From assembly GCA_036172245.1 (NCBI GenBank), contig JAYWIR010000025.1:1116001-1180000 (forward strand): a stretch of DNA of 64,000 nt, given 5' to 3'. The translations under genes were made by a program, and so were the position numbers. Below the pieces are notes generated by a model that worked only from the letters and a program-made list of their open reading frames with translations, made no database searches and was not told where the DNA came from. The DNA comes from Raillietiella orientalis (taxonomy: Eukaryota). Positions 40,805 to 53,295 of this stretch are shown here, one piece after another (position 1 is the first letter of the stretch; every line of letters starts with the position of its first letter).

Positions 40805-41558
40805 GTTCTTTTATTTTCGCTGCTCTCTTTGCAGCTTTTTTTCTTTTTGGTTCTCCAAGAACCGTTCGCCTCCTCGGGAGGGAGGCTTGCGGAGCTCCTC
40901 AAACACCACCCATGCCACCCGAAAATGCGTGTAACTCTTCGAGTTAGAGAGCGATCCCGGAGGGACCACCCTGAGAATCCAGGAGGGACCCCGGAGGACG
41001 GACTCCGTTCCTCTCACGCTTGGAAGGGAACCCTGAAGAAAACCTCTTCCCTGCTCTCCTCAGAGGAGGCGATTCTTCATTTCTTCTCCGGAGGGAACCC
41101 GCAAAGGATCCATTCCTGGAGTTTTTTGCCGAAGGGAACCCGCAAGGGAACCGCACCTTGTTATTCCTCCTCTAAAGAGAACCCGAAGGGGCGCTTCCCA
41201 CTTTCCTCTGATGGGCTCTTCCCCAAAGGGAGCAGCGCGCTTCTTACACTTTGAAGAAGCAGTCCCCCGAGGGGGTTATCAACCAGCCCCATGGTACGCG
41301 ATGGACGGCTCCATTTTCACCACTGAAGGGGAACCCAAAGGGAACGGACTCATTCATTCCTGGAAAGACCCTGGAGGTTCAACTTCCAATCCCGGAGACC
41401 AGTCAACAGGGGCATCATCCGGAGCCACCCGAGGCCAAGCAGCGTCGTCCTGCGGGAGAAGGACTCGAAACCCACGACGCCCCCCCTTCCTCATTCTCGG
41501 AGCCATCCTTCCCCAAACCCGAGACCGCCGCCGCAGCCATACGGTCTCCAACGCGGTT
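40805..41558 (-). mobile_element. SINE-like element, copy 4 (B-box region apparently deleted)
   Basis: Head AACCGCGTTGGAGACCGTATGGCTGCGG. The body matches copies 2 and 3, includes the hairpin array at 41020-41345, and ends in an A-rich tail. Confidence 0.7.
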
Positions 41559-42819
41559 CATTTGACGAGGGGCCACTTTGCCACTCCTCGAAGTAGGGAT
41601 GTTACGATCAGGAACACCGATGCGTAATTAAGCGAGTCCTGAGGGCGGATCCTCCCTGCAGGAAGTTGCCGCCTATCGGCGTGCTCCAGCAGGCAGAGGC
41701 GGCGCCTACCGAGCGGCCGCCAAAGCTCCCTCTCGCTCTTCGGGTTCCCCCAATTTTCGGCGGCGGAGTCGATCTAGCACTCCTTGCTCGGCTGCGTGAG
41801 CAGCGGCGTGGTCGCTGCCACATCGGCAACCACTCTGCAAGGCTGCTTTCTTGTGACGCCCTCCCTTCCTTTAAGGAGTCTTCTGGAGAAGGCTGGGGGG
41901 AGACCAGCAGCAAATCGATGCATCACGAAGGAGGGCTCGTCCTTTCAGCTCCACGCTCTGCTGCTGTTGCTTGCCCTCTTCACGTCCCTGTGGGTCGCCT
42001 TGACCTGTCCCGATTTCCGCTGCATCCCTTCTCGAAGATGGGAGTCCTGCCTCAGTCGCGGGGCTTCTGGTCCAGAGAGAAAATCCGTCTCAAGCTGCCT
42101 CGCGCAATGGAGAGACCCCTCAGCCCCGAGTCCTGCAGGTACAAACGCGCTCTGGGTCCAGGTTGACAAGACTTGGCTCCTCCCCGGCTTTCTCGTCCAG
42201 AATCGTCCGAAAGACCCGCAGGAGGAGGACGCAGCTCGAGTAACTTCTTGTCCCTATTCCTTATCGGCTCGGACTGCCTGCCCCTGACACCTACCTTCCG
42301 CTTGGAAGCTCTCGAACGCATCCCGTTTGCCCTTCGCCTGCAGCGTGGCAGCAAATCACCGCGATGTCTCCTACGCCACCGTGGAAAACATCGACGATTC
42401 GTAGAGTTGTGTTTTCCTCGATTGCTGCTCCGTTCTTTCCTTCTCCTCCTCGCACTTCCTGCTGCTCCCTCCTAGGAGGGCGAGAGAGAGAGATGAACTT
42501 TTGGATGCTTTTCCCGTCGAGACTCCTCACCGGGAACTTCGCAACTGCTCCTCTTCCATGCATCACCACTCCATCTATCTCCATTTGTCTAGTGTCCTCA
42601 GTCTCCTTCTATTTGTGTGTAGCCCTCACTAGCTCATCATACGATGCTTTTGCAAGGAACTTTCAGAAGTGACGTCACCCAGCAACTGGGATTTCGTCTC
42701 TTTCATCTCCAGCCGATCGTTCCACCGCTCTCCAGGTGTTTGTCCTTGTCAGAAATCGTTCCCCCGACCAGTGTCTCCAGGACCCGTGATTCCATCCGCA
42801 CATTCGGGATTCGAGGACT

Positions 42820-43400
42820 GAGTCACGGAAGGAAAAGTTCCGCCTTCATACGGTTGCATCCCAGAGCTAGTCGTTCGTTATCGCGTCCTGCAAGACGCAG
42901 CAAAATTCCGGCTTCATGGAGTGGCTTACTGCGCGAAGTCCACGCGGGGAGCACACGTGCCTGACCACGTTGCATCCACTTGTGTTCAGGCAGTGATTTT
43001 CCAACGGAGACGACCACCAAAACGAGGGGAAGAAAAGAGACCTCAAAGTAGGCCGGCAAGGCTTGTCTTGTGCAGCAGCGGCAGCCAAGTGGATGGAAAT
43101 GGACAGAACCACTTATGAATGGCATGGAGTCTGTTTGTATGACGCAGCCACTCCGAAAAAAGTGTGGGTCGCTGCACTGGAGCACCACTTGCTGCCGCTG
43201 CCACCTGCTTGTGAGGGGCAGCGAAATGGCCCATCTGGAATACGAGGGATACGAGGTAGCCTTCGGGAGATTGTGAGCAGACTAACCCGATTCTGGTGAG
43301 TTCATCCTCCTTCCATCCCCTATCCATTCGAAGCGAGACCTCGGGAATCGTGCGGAGTACCATGAGGCCTGTCTGCTCCATTCACTGTTTATTAATCGGT
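42820..43400 (-). mobile_element. Possible retroelement RNase H remnant
   Basis: VIQTDSM and AW...GI...DNERLA loosely match RNase HI motifs. Weak. Confidence 0.25.
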
Positions 43401-43499
43401 CCCTTCCCACTCCCCAGTGCTGTTCCCAGAGATAGTGGTCTTTTTGATTCCGGACCGGCACATGTCGGTCCTTGTCTGACTGCATGAGCTTCATTTATC

Positions 43500-44250
43500 T
43501 ATGTTATATAAATGGATCCTCAATCCGGGATACGAGGGTCATATCGAAACGCCTGTTCATGTACATGAGTAAGTATGCATCAAAGATAAAATAACATCCG
43601 TACGCACAGTTTAGAACACGCCGACTGGCAGGCGGGCAGGAAGAAAAACGGGCAAAACAGGACAGGGACAAGGAGGTTAAAAAAAAAAAAGATCGGCTGA
43701 GGAGAAAAGAACAAACACGAATGAAACGAAGGATAAATACTGTGGGAACACCGGCCAGTGTAGCTTTCATCACCGGGGCTGGCTAAGGGCGGAATGGAAA
43801 GGCCCCCGACAGCTGACCCTCGATTTCTTTCTTGCATCACGCATGCAATTGTGTAGGCGGCGTGATTTCGAAGCGGACGTGCTTGGACACCTCGCTGCCG
43901 CCTTCGTTACTGGAGGAGATGAGAGCTGCAAATGTCCTCCGGAGATGGCGCTGCTCCATCGCGTGGTGAGTCACCGTTTCTGCACGCACCACGCGCGGCA
44001 TTGCCGGAGAATCAGCGCGCCCATCAGCGGTGTAAGAAATCTCTGCAGAGGTTGAGGCGGGGAACCCTCCGGGAGCAAAGGGAACTGAAGGACATTCTCT
44101 GGCAGGTATTTCGGGACACGGAGAGGGTCGAGCAGGAGCGGGAGCTGTGCATTTGAAATCCCGCGTTGCATCACGAATTCCCGACAGGAGGCACCGGCTG
44201 CCTGCCCAGCCTCCATTTCCGATTGTTGTCATGCCTACAACCACATTTTT
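43500..44250 (-). mobile_element. LINE 3' remnant of another family
   Basis: DSPAMPRVVRAETVTHHAME (cf. DSPxCxxCxxxETVxHxxxxC), followed by a pyrimidine-rich 3' UTR. Confidence 0.45.
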
Positions 44251-44704
44251 GCAATGTGATTCCATCCACAAAGATAATGGACGCATGAGAATGCTGTTAC
44301 ATGCATGAAACACAAATTTTCAGTTAGCTTCTCACTGGTCAGAAGGCTGTCTTTCGAGGGAATCCTCCTTTCCGAAGACTATAATTGCATTTTGTGCCGA
44401 GATACACAAAGAGCTTCCGACAGGATTCTTGACGTGAAAGTTTGAATGTGACTTCACCAAGGTACCCAGATATCCTAGGATCAGGAAGCCCTTTGCGTTT
44501 TTGGTAGACACGTTTCAGCTTTGCCTACTGTGACGTCAGAAGCCAACGGCATGGAGTTCTCTTTGGAAAGTTTTGATTTGCATTTCAGCACAGTTCAATT
44601 TGGAATTTTTTTTTTTTTAATAAAAGAAAAAAAAAAGGCCGTTACTTTTGCAGGGGATTCTCAGGGGATTTAGATTTGTTTTGCAGAAATGTCAGCCGGT
44701 TTTT

Positions 44705-45600
44705 ACCCGATGACGACAGGGCGTTTATTTAAAAAAAAAAAAAAAAAAAACTACAAATAAGAGGGGAAAAGAACTCCAAATAAGAGGGAACGACAAATGG
44801 CAAAAAGAAAAGAAGTTCATCCTGAGCAACCGCTGGCATGCAGGACGGCGTCCAAAAAGTAGGGAATGGAGGGAGGGGACAATAAATAAATAAAACAAGA
44901 CAGGAGGGTAGGGACAGGGGTCTTTGATTAAAGACGTTTCTTTCCTTCTAGAAGCGGCTCTGGATCGTGACAATCTTCCTGGCGACTTCCTCTGGCAGAT
45001 GAGGCCACCTTGCTGCTGTCCCCATGAGGGCTGCTGCCATGCGGGTGGCTTCTGTTCGGTGCCAACCTGACTCCAACACGTGGCGGGCTGTCACTGTGTC
45101 GCGGATGCAGCACCTCTTTGCGATCTGCACCCTTCTTCAGCCCTCCTCCCGTGAAGAAGCGTCTCAACAAGTCCAAAGCGGTGTCCTGCGGTTGTCGGAG
45201 CGCCGAAGCGAGTCTCCTCCACAAGTCCTTCAGGACACTCCAACAGGAGGTGCGGTGAGAGATCCCATCGCCCTGCACCTCGAACGAAACAGTTTGGGGT
45301 GTCCACGGAAACCAGGTGTCTGCAATGATTGCACTGGAATCTTAGTGCAGAAACAGCAGAACGCCCTGTTTCCACCGAAGCGGGAACGCAGAGGTATCCA
45401 TATATAGGAGAGGGAACACGATTTTTCGGGGGGGCACAGAGAGCAGTTCACTCCACCGAAGCAGTCCCTTTGACCGCAAACGAGGAGTGGCGGAGTCCAT
45501 CAGCTCTCCTCGGTGGCTGCAAGACACCGAGGAGTCTTTCGACCCTGGAGGGAGCGATGTCAACCGGAACACCGCACATCTTCACCGGAAGTTCCACATG
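44705..45600 (-). mobile_element. LINE 3' fragment, same family as 55400-56957
   Basis: QCNHCRH...PNCF...PHLLLEC. It is collinear with 55600-55820 plus 56552-56890, and has a T20 tract followed by AAATAAACGCCCTGTCGTCATCGGGT. Confidence 0.8.
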
Positions 45601-46209
45601 AGTTTTGTTGCTGCTCCTTGGATGGACTCAATTAGGCCTGGGTTACTCGCAAAACTGATACACAAATGACATCCATCGAGGAGATCGCTCTTTGGAGCTC
45701 CATCTCAGTGCCACTGATTTGTAATGAGATGCCAACCCGATCAAAATCTAGAGTCGTAGAGTAAAGCAATCCATTTGGATATAGAAAATTTGGCTTAACG
45801 TGCTCAAGAACCGTCAACGTCTTGGAAATTACCGAAGCCTAATATACTCTTTTTCCTATTCTAAAGGTCTAAGCTTTCTATTAAACGGGACTGCCACTCT
45901 CAACCCCGTAAGTTTAAAATGGATATGTGTTTTCTCTGCTTTTTTCTCTCTTTCAATCAATTTTTATTCCTAAACTGTCGTAATGCATCTTACGGTTTCG
46001 TGAATTCGAGCATAGGAAAAACACACAGATGAGAAGATTCCACTTGAAGGGTGCAACGCTGAGGAATTCAGCAACATCTCTGGGACATCCGCAGTCGTTC
46101 CTGTGTCAGCTCGGTAATCTCGGAATTCAGGTGAAGCCACAGATGCTGCTCATGTGAATAGAGATGACTAAAGAGGCATTGACAGCCTGACGCGCTGTTG
46201 AGGTTTAAC

Positions 46210-46900
46210 ACTCGTGGGATAAAAAGGCAGGGATCAATATGGATCTACCGTTGGATGAAGAGGGATTTGCTGGGAGCTCAGGAAAGTGAGATTTCGAAGC
46301 TGCTGATGCTTGGTTGTTGAGCTGGAAGAGGAGGAATAACATTTTAGCAAAGGAAGGGAGGATGCAGGTGCAGACAGCAGATGCGCTTGGATGGTCATTC
46401 CTGACTTTTAACAAGATCCTCGATGCCGATAAGAAAGAGAATCTTTTCAGAGTGATTCCAGGGATTATTTTCTTTAGAACTCTTCATTCTCAAAAGAAAA
46501 GATGATGGCAAAGAATCAGAGTAAGTCATCCACGTGCACGTGGGAGTCTAAAAAAGCCACTAACTGTGCTCTCCAGCTGGCAAAAGCAAGAAACCTATGT
46601 TTTAGAAATACGGAAGACATCACAAATGCAAGCTTCAATTCCATAATTCTCTACAACATTGAAAAAATCAGAAAACGGAATCCTTTCACAAAAAACATTT
46701 GCATTTATCATTGATAATTGTTCCATTCACACGCAATTACTGCATATGAAAAAAACAGCGAGGTTGTCTTCCTCTGATGGCAGGCGAGTCCGTGAAGCAG
46801 AAACCAATTAAAACATTTAAAAAGCTTAGCAAAAGGGCACCGAGGTGGAAAATTATCGAAGGGATCAGCAGAAGCACAGTTGAGGATAGCCCTGGCAGTT
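46210..46900 (+). pseudogene. pogo/Tigger-family (CENP-B HTH + DDE_1) transposase relic
   Basis: Ordered motifs across frames: FEAADAWLLSWKRRNNI (cf. FKASxGWLxRFKKRHNI), ENLFRVIPGIIFFRTL (cf. ENIFNADETGLFFR), LAKARNLCF (cf. IGKAKNPRCF), IIDNCSIH (cf. DNCSAH) and IKTFK. Confidence 0.7.
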
Positions 46901-48248
46901 TGATTATTGGAGGCTTCACCATATGTCACTTCGCAGGAGCATTTGGGCTTCATTCCGGATTTAGAATTTAGAAAGTTCAAAAACGGGAGAGTGGAAATGT
47001 TTGGCTTTGAAGCTTTAGAAATCAGGACTTTGCTGCATGTTTTTGCAAGCTATGAGAACCTAGTAGTCCCAATCTTAGAGATGGATTTCAATGGTAGCCG
47101 TGGGTTTTATTGAACACGAAATTTGTTCCCTACTTTCTAAGCTTGAGATCAGGAAGAAACAAAGAGACCGTCAATCCAATAAATATACTTTGACACTTTC
47201 AGGAACTGCAACAGCGACTTCTAAACCGTACCACAAGTGCTACTTCAGGCAGCAGAGGCTTTCCCAGTGATCCTCATACGCATGTATAAGCAACAGCTAT
47301 GGGAACAGAAACAGATAATAGAAAAAAGGTCCACGAACTCTTTTAGAATGAGCCCAGGCTTGCAGTTTCCTTATGAGTTATCTAAAGTGGACTGAGATCC
47401 GTCCTTAACGTCACGGAGGAGAGCACGTCATTTTCATGTGAGTCTTGTTGCAGCTACTGAGATTTGCCTTTTTTCAGCTACTGAAAACAGGAAACGAGGA
47501 AACCTTGGAAACGAGAAATTCGGACAGCTCTGAGCATCCGTGTGCATCGCTTTCGGCCCTATGAAAACTCAAGTGGATTGGTGGTTTTGAATCGGAGCAA
47601 TGAAGACTTTAGGACTTCACTGCGGTCCTAAGAGTTGGAGAAGACGAGATCTTATGTGGAATGAGTGTCTCAAGCCACAACCATCCCGGAGAGTTGTGCT
47701 TCCTGTTCTTGCCTCACGAGGACCTCGTAGTTTCCAGAAAAAGGCAAAAACACTATTTGCCTGAAATTTTAATAGAAGAGGTGGAGCAGCAGCTGACAAT
47801 GCAATGACTTATCATTGGCGTCTTGCTTATTGCTGGTGTATGGGAGGCGCCAAAAGTAATTTGTTCTTGCTTGAAAGAAAGACATCCAGTGGAAACTGCA
47901 TTGTCTGGGAAGATCCATGCGTGTCTCCTCTGACATTTTGTCGGTGTTCATGGGCTTCATACTGGCGCAATGGAAGTCAGCAGCTCACTCTCTTTCAGGA
48001 GTCGGTTCTCCTCACTTCCTATTGACAAGTGGCTCCGCTGGCTATGAAGGAACACGATTCAAGTAAAGACCCTGAATTCAAGAAATTCAAAAGCTGAAAA
48101 ATCATATTTATCTTTTTGCAAGGCAAGCTGACGCTCCATCCCTTCGCAAGCTTTTCCAGAATTTTTTCTGTGAATTTATTCCACAGCACGGAATTACAGG
48201 AATTGGCAATAATTATGAACGATGCATGTGATGGTGCCATAAAACTCA

Positions 48249-48292
48249 GAATATTAGCTTACTGCTCCTAATGAAGCAGTAAGCTAATATTC
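48249..48292. repeat. Perfect 18-bp inverted repeat with 8-nt loop
   Basis: GAATATTAGCTTACTGCT-cctaatga-AGCAGTAAGCTAATATTC. Confidence 0.95.
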
Positions 48293-51200
48293 ACACAGAG
48301 AACAGAGGAATATTCCTTTGTCTTGGTAGACAGGGGTGAAGACCAGTTTTCATCTAGTTCCTCTGTGGAATTCTCTGAGATGATTAGCTCATTTGGAAGA
48401 CCCTAGTTTTGCACACACTGCCCCGGAAAATATAAAGATTTGATAACTTTCTGCCATTTAATCAATCAGGGGAAATCATATTATCTGGAGTCCTTATCCT
48501 CAACTAATCCCGATTCTTGTGCTTCATAACTAAAGCCCCTCTACGGCCGTCTTCTCGTGACTATCGGATCTTATTTCTGCCCTCCTGAGCGAAGCAAAAT
48601 TCTCGTTGAACAGTTCAGGGGATTCTGCTCATCCACTGCACTCCTTCACTTTACTCTTAGGCAAACGTAGCAGAATCTGCCTGCTACCCAAGCACTTTAT
48701 AAACAACTGTCGTTTGCTTGTTCTTTTGAGCCGGGATTTAAGAATTCAAGTTGGAAGGCAATGGAGCTCTGAACTTCCTTCAAAAATCGCAACGACGAAG
48801 CGAGTCGTAGAGAAGAAGGATTATCGCAAGAACCAGTGGTCTTTCGTTTAACCAGGGGTCTTTCATACGACCAGTTTCAGCCGGATGCGTTCAAGGAAGA
48901 GACATCGTTAATGGGAACCGTTTTCCTAATCTTACACTCAAGTCATGAAAGAAATCTGTCACAGCTTTTCTATCCTCTTTCCTGTTAGTTCTGAAGAAGA
49001 ATCATGAAGCGATCTGATGGGTTGTGGTAAAGTAACTGTGGTCGCTTCTGTCAATATTGAAGACATCCAAATAAAAGGAAGCTGGAAATAAAGTCTTGTA
49101 AGGTACATCCAATGAATGATAGATAGAGACACACGAGATACTAGAGCAGTGGGACTGTAGCTTTCTGATGACCACTTCTTGTCTAAAGGCTGCCTGGAAC
49201 CTAACTTAACACCAACTGCACATTTCAGTTAAGCAAAAACAAAGAGCAAAGGCAAGATGAAACTTTATTTAGCATGAAGAATTGAAGGTATCCTCAAAGT
49301 CGCGGATCTTTCCATTCAGGGCAGTTATTGGCAGATTGCAGGACTTTGTCCTTGTCAGCCAACTCTCAAATCTCTTTCCAATGAAGGCAGCGCCAAGTCA
49401 CTTAAGCACGAAGCTTCCGAGCTCCTGGTGAGAGGGCGATGCAAATGTGAAAGTGCATACTTGCTAGAGGGGAAGTGAAGGAGATGGCTGGGCGTTCCGG
49501 GAAACAAGCAAAAAAGAATACACGAAAATAAAATGAAATAAAAATGAAGATGAAAAATCATCAACTTTCTTTTCCTATCAGGAGGAAAGCACCGAGTGGG
49601 GCTCAAGGAGTCTTCGAAATACCGCTGAAGAAATCAAAAGCCGTTAAAAGCGTTCTCATGGGAGCCGTTTCGTCGTTTCTCTACAGAATCGAACACATGA
49701 TTCCCTCTGCCTTTGAAAAGACACCGTAAAAGAAAAATTCACCGTAGTTCGGAGACCACGTGATGAACGAGCAAACGAAATGAAAAGCAGAGCTTTCCTC
49801 AGAGATGAGGAAAAGTCACCCATCCAAAAGAGTGCCATTATGTGCTTCGTTTGAGAGAAGATCAATCATAACATTTAGCTGGAAATGCAACCGCTGACAT
49901 GCGTAGATCAAGATGATTTATAAGCATCCGAAAGTGACTCTTTAAAACCGATCCAGCCATCATGAATGTGGGTGCGTGAGGTTTTTTTCTTTTTTTGTTT
50001 TTCCTCCTTCAGGGTGTCACATGCTCAGACGTAAGCGGTCTATCATTCCAGAAGGAGCAGTTTCTTAATGAGTCCTGATTCTGGATGCGAGTTCCACTGG
50101 ATCGATCGATCAACAGCGTGTACCCAAAAGTGCTTGCAAGTGAAACGCGCTGATGGAAAAAACACCTCTGACCTTCCAATCCACGATGCGAATAAATCGT
50201 GGCTTCTTGCCTGGAAGTGCGCTCTTCTTGCAGCGTGATTCTTGCTGTCTTATTAAACTCTTCTTATTCACGCATAAAAAAAAAAAATTCTCACTATAAG
50301 TTTCTACTATTTGGGAGAGTGCTCCACATCAAAGTAACCCCTGGTCTGCGAGGTGATTTCGCAATTTATCATGATAGTTCCGGTGCGAAATTCATCAAAA
50401 AAAGAAACATGCTGTCCTTTTTTAATTACATTATTTCGGATCATGCATTTTTTAATTACATTCACGGTGGACGTCAACCACAGATTCCCAGAGATGGTTG
50501 CCCAGCTTGCAGCTCGCATTGGAAGCCTCAGTTATAAAGTGAGTGACATCTAGTGCTGTGTTCCCAGATTCCACAGCTGCCCCGTCTGGATCTGCTGAAG
50601 ATGGACACTTTTGTCCTCAGCTGCTCATGGCAAGCAAATTTACAATTCATTGTACCTCCTACCCTTCCGTTTTGCGGATCCATTTCTCCCCGAAAAAGAT
50701 TTTATACGACTTTACTATCTTTTAAAGTAACTCCCCTCTGAAAAACGACTGAAGAAGTTTACTCATGAGTATGCTTTTTAGCTTCCACCTCCAGATTTCA
50801 TTTATTCAGCTGTTTGATCCCTCTTTTTCCTTTTAGTTTCAGTAATTTTCTAAATCAAGGATTTGCGAATTATTTTGCCGAGCAACAGATTCGCAGCTCC
50901 ATATAGGAATGTACTTGTACACAAGTGTCTCAAGCCTCAAAGTTCCAGAGATTCCATGCATACATGCTATGATTTGGTTTGCCTTGAAGCATTCCATACC
51001 TGCTATGATTCATGCTGATCGTCATGGAGCAACAGAAGCATTTATCTGCATAATTTTTACCTTTTGTACATCGAGACAGATGGGAATTTTCGGAAGTGAG
51101 ATTCAAAAACCGAGGGGAAGACGAGAAACATTGGTTGAAGAGCAAATCTTTGAAAACCCTACAATAATCCGTCCACCAGTCTAATCGCTATGGTATGATG

Positions 51201-52974
51201 GTGCCACGCCTAACGCACTGATGCTCAACCCATGTGAGATTTGCGCCGCATGGTTCATGGAGCGTGTGGTTGCAGCAGTGACCAATCCTCCGGGAGACCT
51301 TCTTTTTAAGGAATCCACGAGGACTGAGGTTCCTCGTGACGAATTTTGCAGATTATGTTTTTCTCAACGGCATGAACTGCACTCGAGACACTGGTTACAT
51401 GGAACATCCAAAGGGTCTGGTCAGCTCAAAGAAGAAACAGCAAAGGTGCAGTTTAAGACTAGAATCACCCATCCTCAGTGTAGAAGGATGGGAAAACGGG
51501 TCTTTCCTGTGCTCTAACCTTCGTTCCTCGACAAGAACGACATGCTGATGCATGCTTTCAGAGTTCCACGAAGAATACAAAAAGCAACCATAATTCTGAA
51601 GCAAAGGTGATGTGAAAACAATTTGCAAACCATACCCCCTCTCCGAGTGCCCCTTAGGAATGCTTTCATCGTTTCCGAAATTCCTGGGAACGTGAGTTTT
51701 GCCCATCAGGATAATTAAATCTGTTTGTTTATTTACCGTACGCTTTTTTCTCATTTAAACGTTGCGCTTCCATCCTGTTTAACACTGTCAAACGTCGATA
51801 ATGAGAGGAACTAATTCGCCGCGGTGCCTCGTAAAGAAGTTAATGAGCCATGTCCAACGAAGACGGCCTAGCCTTCCCGTGATGCTAATCCTAAGGGTCT
51901 GCGCCATGCACGTCGAACGGTTTGCTTCCGAGATGGAATGATAGAGATGAGTGAATATTTCACGATAATGCGAACATTGTCAGCTGTTACGTCGGAATCA
52001 TTAGGTCGCTTGAATAACAGATAGGTATCCATGGTGAAACTCCGCCAGACGACTCAAAGACGTCACCGGGAAACTTGTTAAGGCGAACGGTTTCCATCAT
52101 GTGGCATTTCGATAACGGACCCCGGAGGAGCGCGCTGGTCCCAAAGATTCAAGGTCTTCTGCGGCACAGCCTCGGATGGAGCGGGTAAACAAAGAGGTTT
52201 CGGCATTCCTGCAATGCGAAAACAAGCGGAATCATTGAAGAGACCGGCGTAACGATCTTGGTAACTCTGAAGATTTTCTGCTGCTGCCCTTTTGCTTCTC
52301 ATTCCTTTCAGCTTCCTCCTAGTCAGGGGAAAAATGCGAAAACCGAGCTGCTTCCTTCTTCTTCCCGGATTCCGTGCTCCTCGGCTCCCTCGAAAAAGAA
52401 AAAGCGAAAAAAGATCGTTACCGGTGTACCTGGATGCTGGTTTAAAAAAGATGATTGGAAAACCTGATAAGCACGCAAGCCACCTACCATAAAAAAAAAA
52501 AAAAAATGCATTCGTTTCGACCTTTCCTATCGGTCAATTAATTGGGTAGATCTTCGTCATGCATCCATGAAACTCGTCTTCCTTCCGCTGCTAACCGGAT
52601 TCGATCAGGTTCATTTCTTTGAAGGATAAATGGAGCTCACTAAACAGTGGCTGCTTATTAAGACTGCGGAGTTTTTCCTGCCGTTCCATTTTGCATTCTT
52701 CGCTGGAACTCTGCTTACCGGATCGTCTCGTTAACACAAAGTCCCAAGAACCTCCCGCCGCATTCCCCGAGAAGACTTCCGCACGTGGTCTTCTCGGGCG
52801 CGCGGCCATCGTCTCTTTCGGCCGTGCTGAAATTCGCCTTGCGGGATGGCGCCATCGGGAGAATCTGCGCCGCGAGCGGCTTGGCGCTGGCAGCGGCCGG
52901 CTAAAGAACGCGGGACACCACTTCCGCAGCCTGCCGGTGCCATACTCGCGTGACATCTAGTACGCACGTGAGTA

Positions 52975-53295
52975 CAGTGATATCTCGGTACTCGACGGGG
53001 TCGCAACTCGTCAAACTCAGTACTCGGCGCATCCTGACGAGAAAAAAATGTTTCGAAACTCGGCTCATGCTCGGAACTCGACATCCCCCTCCCAGGATCA
53101 AACAAGTAAACTCTTTAGTCTCTTGGAAGGTCACGAACAGTGCCCAACACTTCTATAGGGTGCCTCCCGAATCGTTCCTTCTTTTATGTGCTTTCTGTGA
53201 CCATTTTAATCGTCAATCGTGGTAATATGAAAAATTCGTTCGGTACTCGTCACGAGTTCCAGAACGAATTGCCGACGAGTACCGAGGTACCGCTG
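52975..53295. mobile_element. Tigger/pogo-type MITE, 321 bp
   Basis: TIRs CAGTGATATCTCGGTACTCGACGG and (reverse complement) CAGCGGTACCTCGGTACTCGTCGG match at 20/24. The left flank is TA and the right flank is TG. Subterminal ACTCG repeats, no coding capacity. Confidence 0.8.

Noticed and set aside
41020..41345. Repeat-spacer periodicity resembling a CRISPR array
   Set aside because: The repeats are short and degenerate, the spacers are related to each other, the array is inside a SINE body, the context is eukaryotic, and there are no cas genes.
41600..42600. Possible upstream continuation (endonuclease) of the 39-40.8 kb LINE
   Set aside because: Motifs are too degraded to assign, and the intervening RT subdomains are missing.
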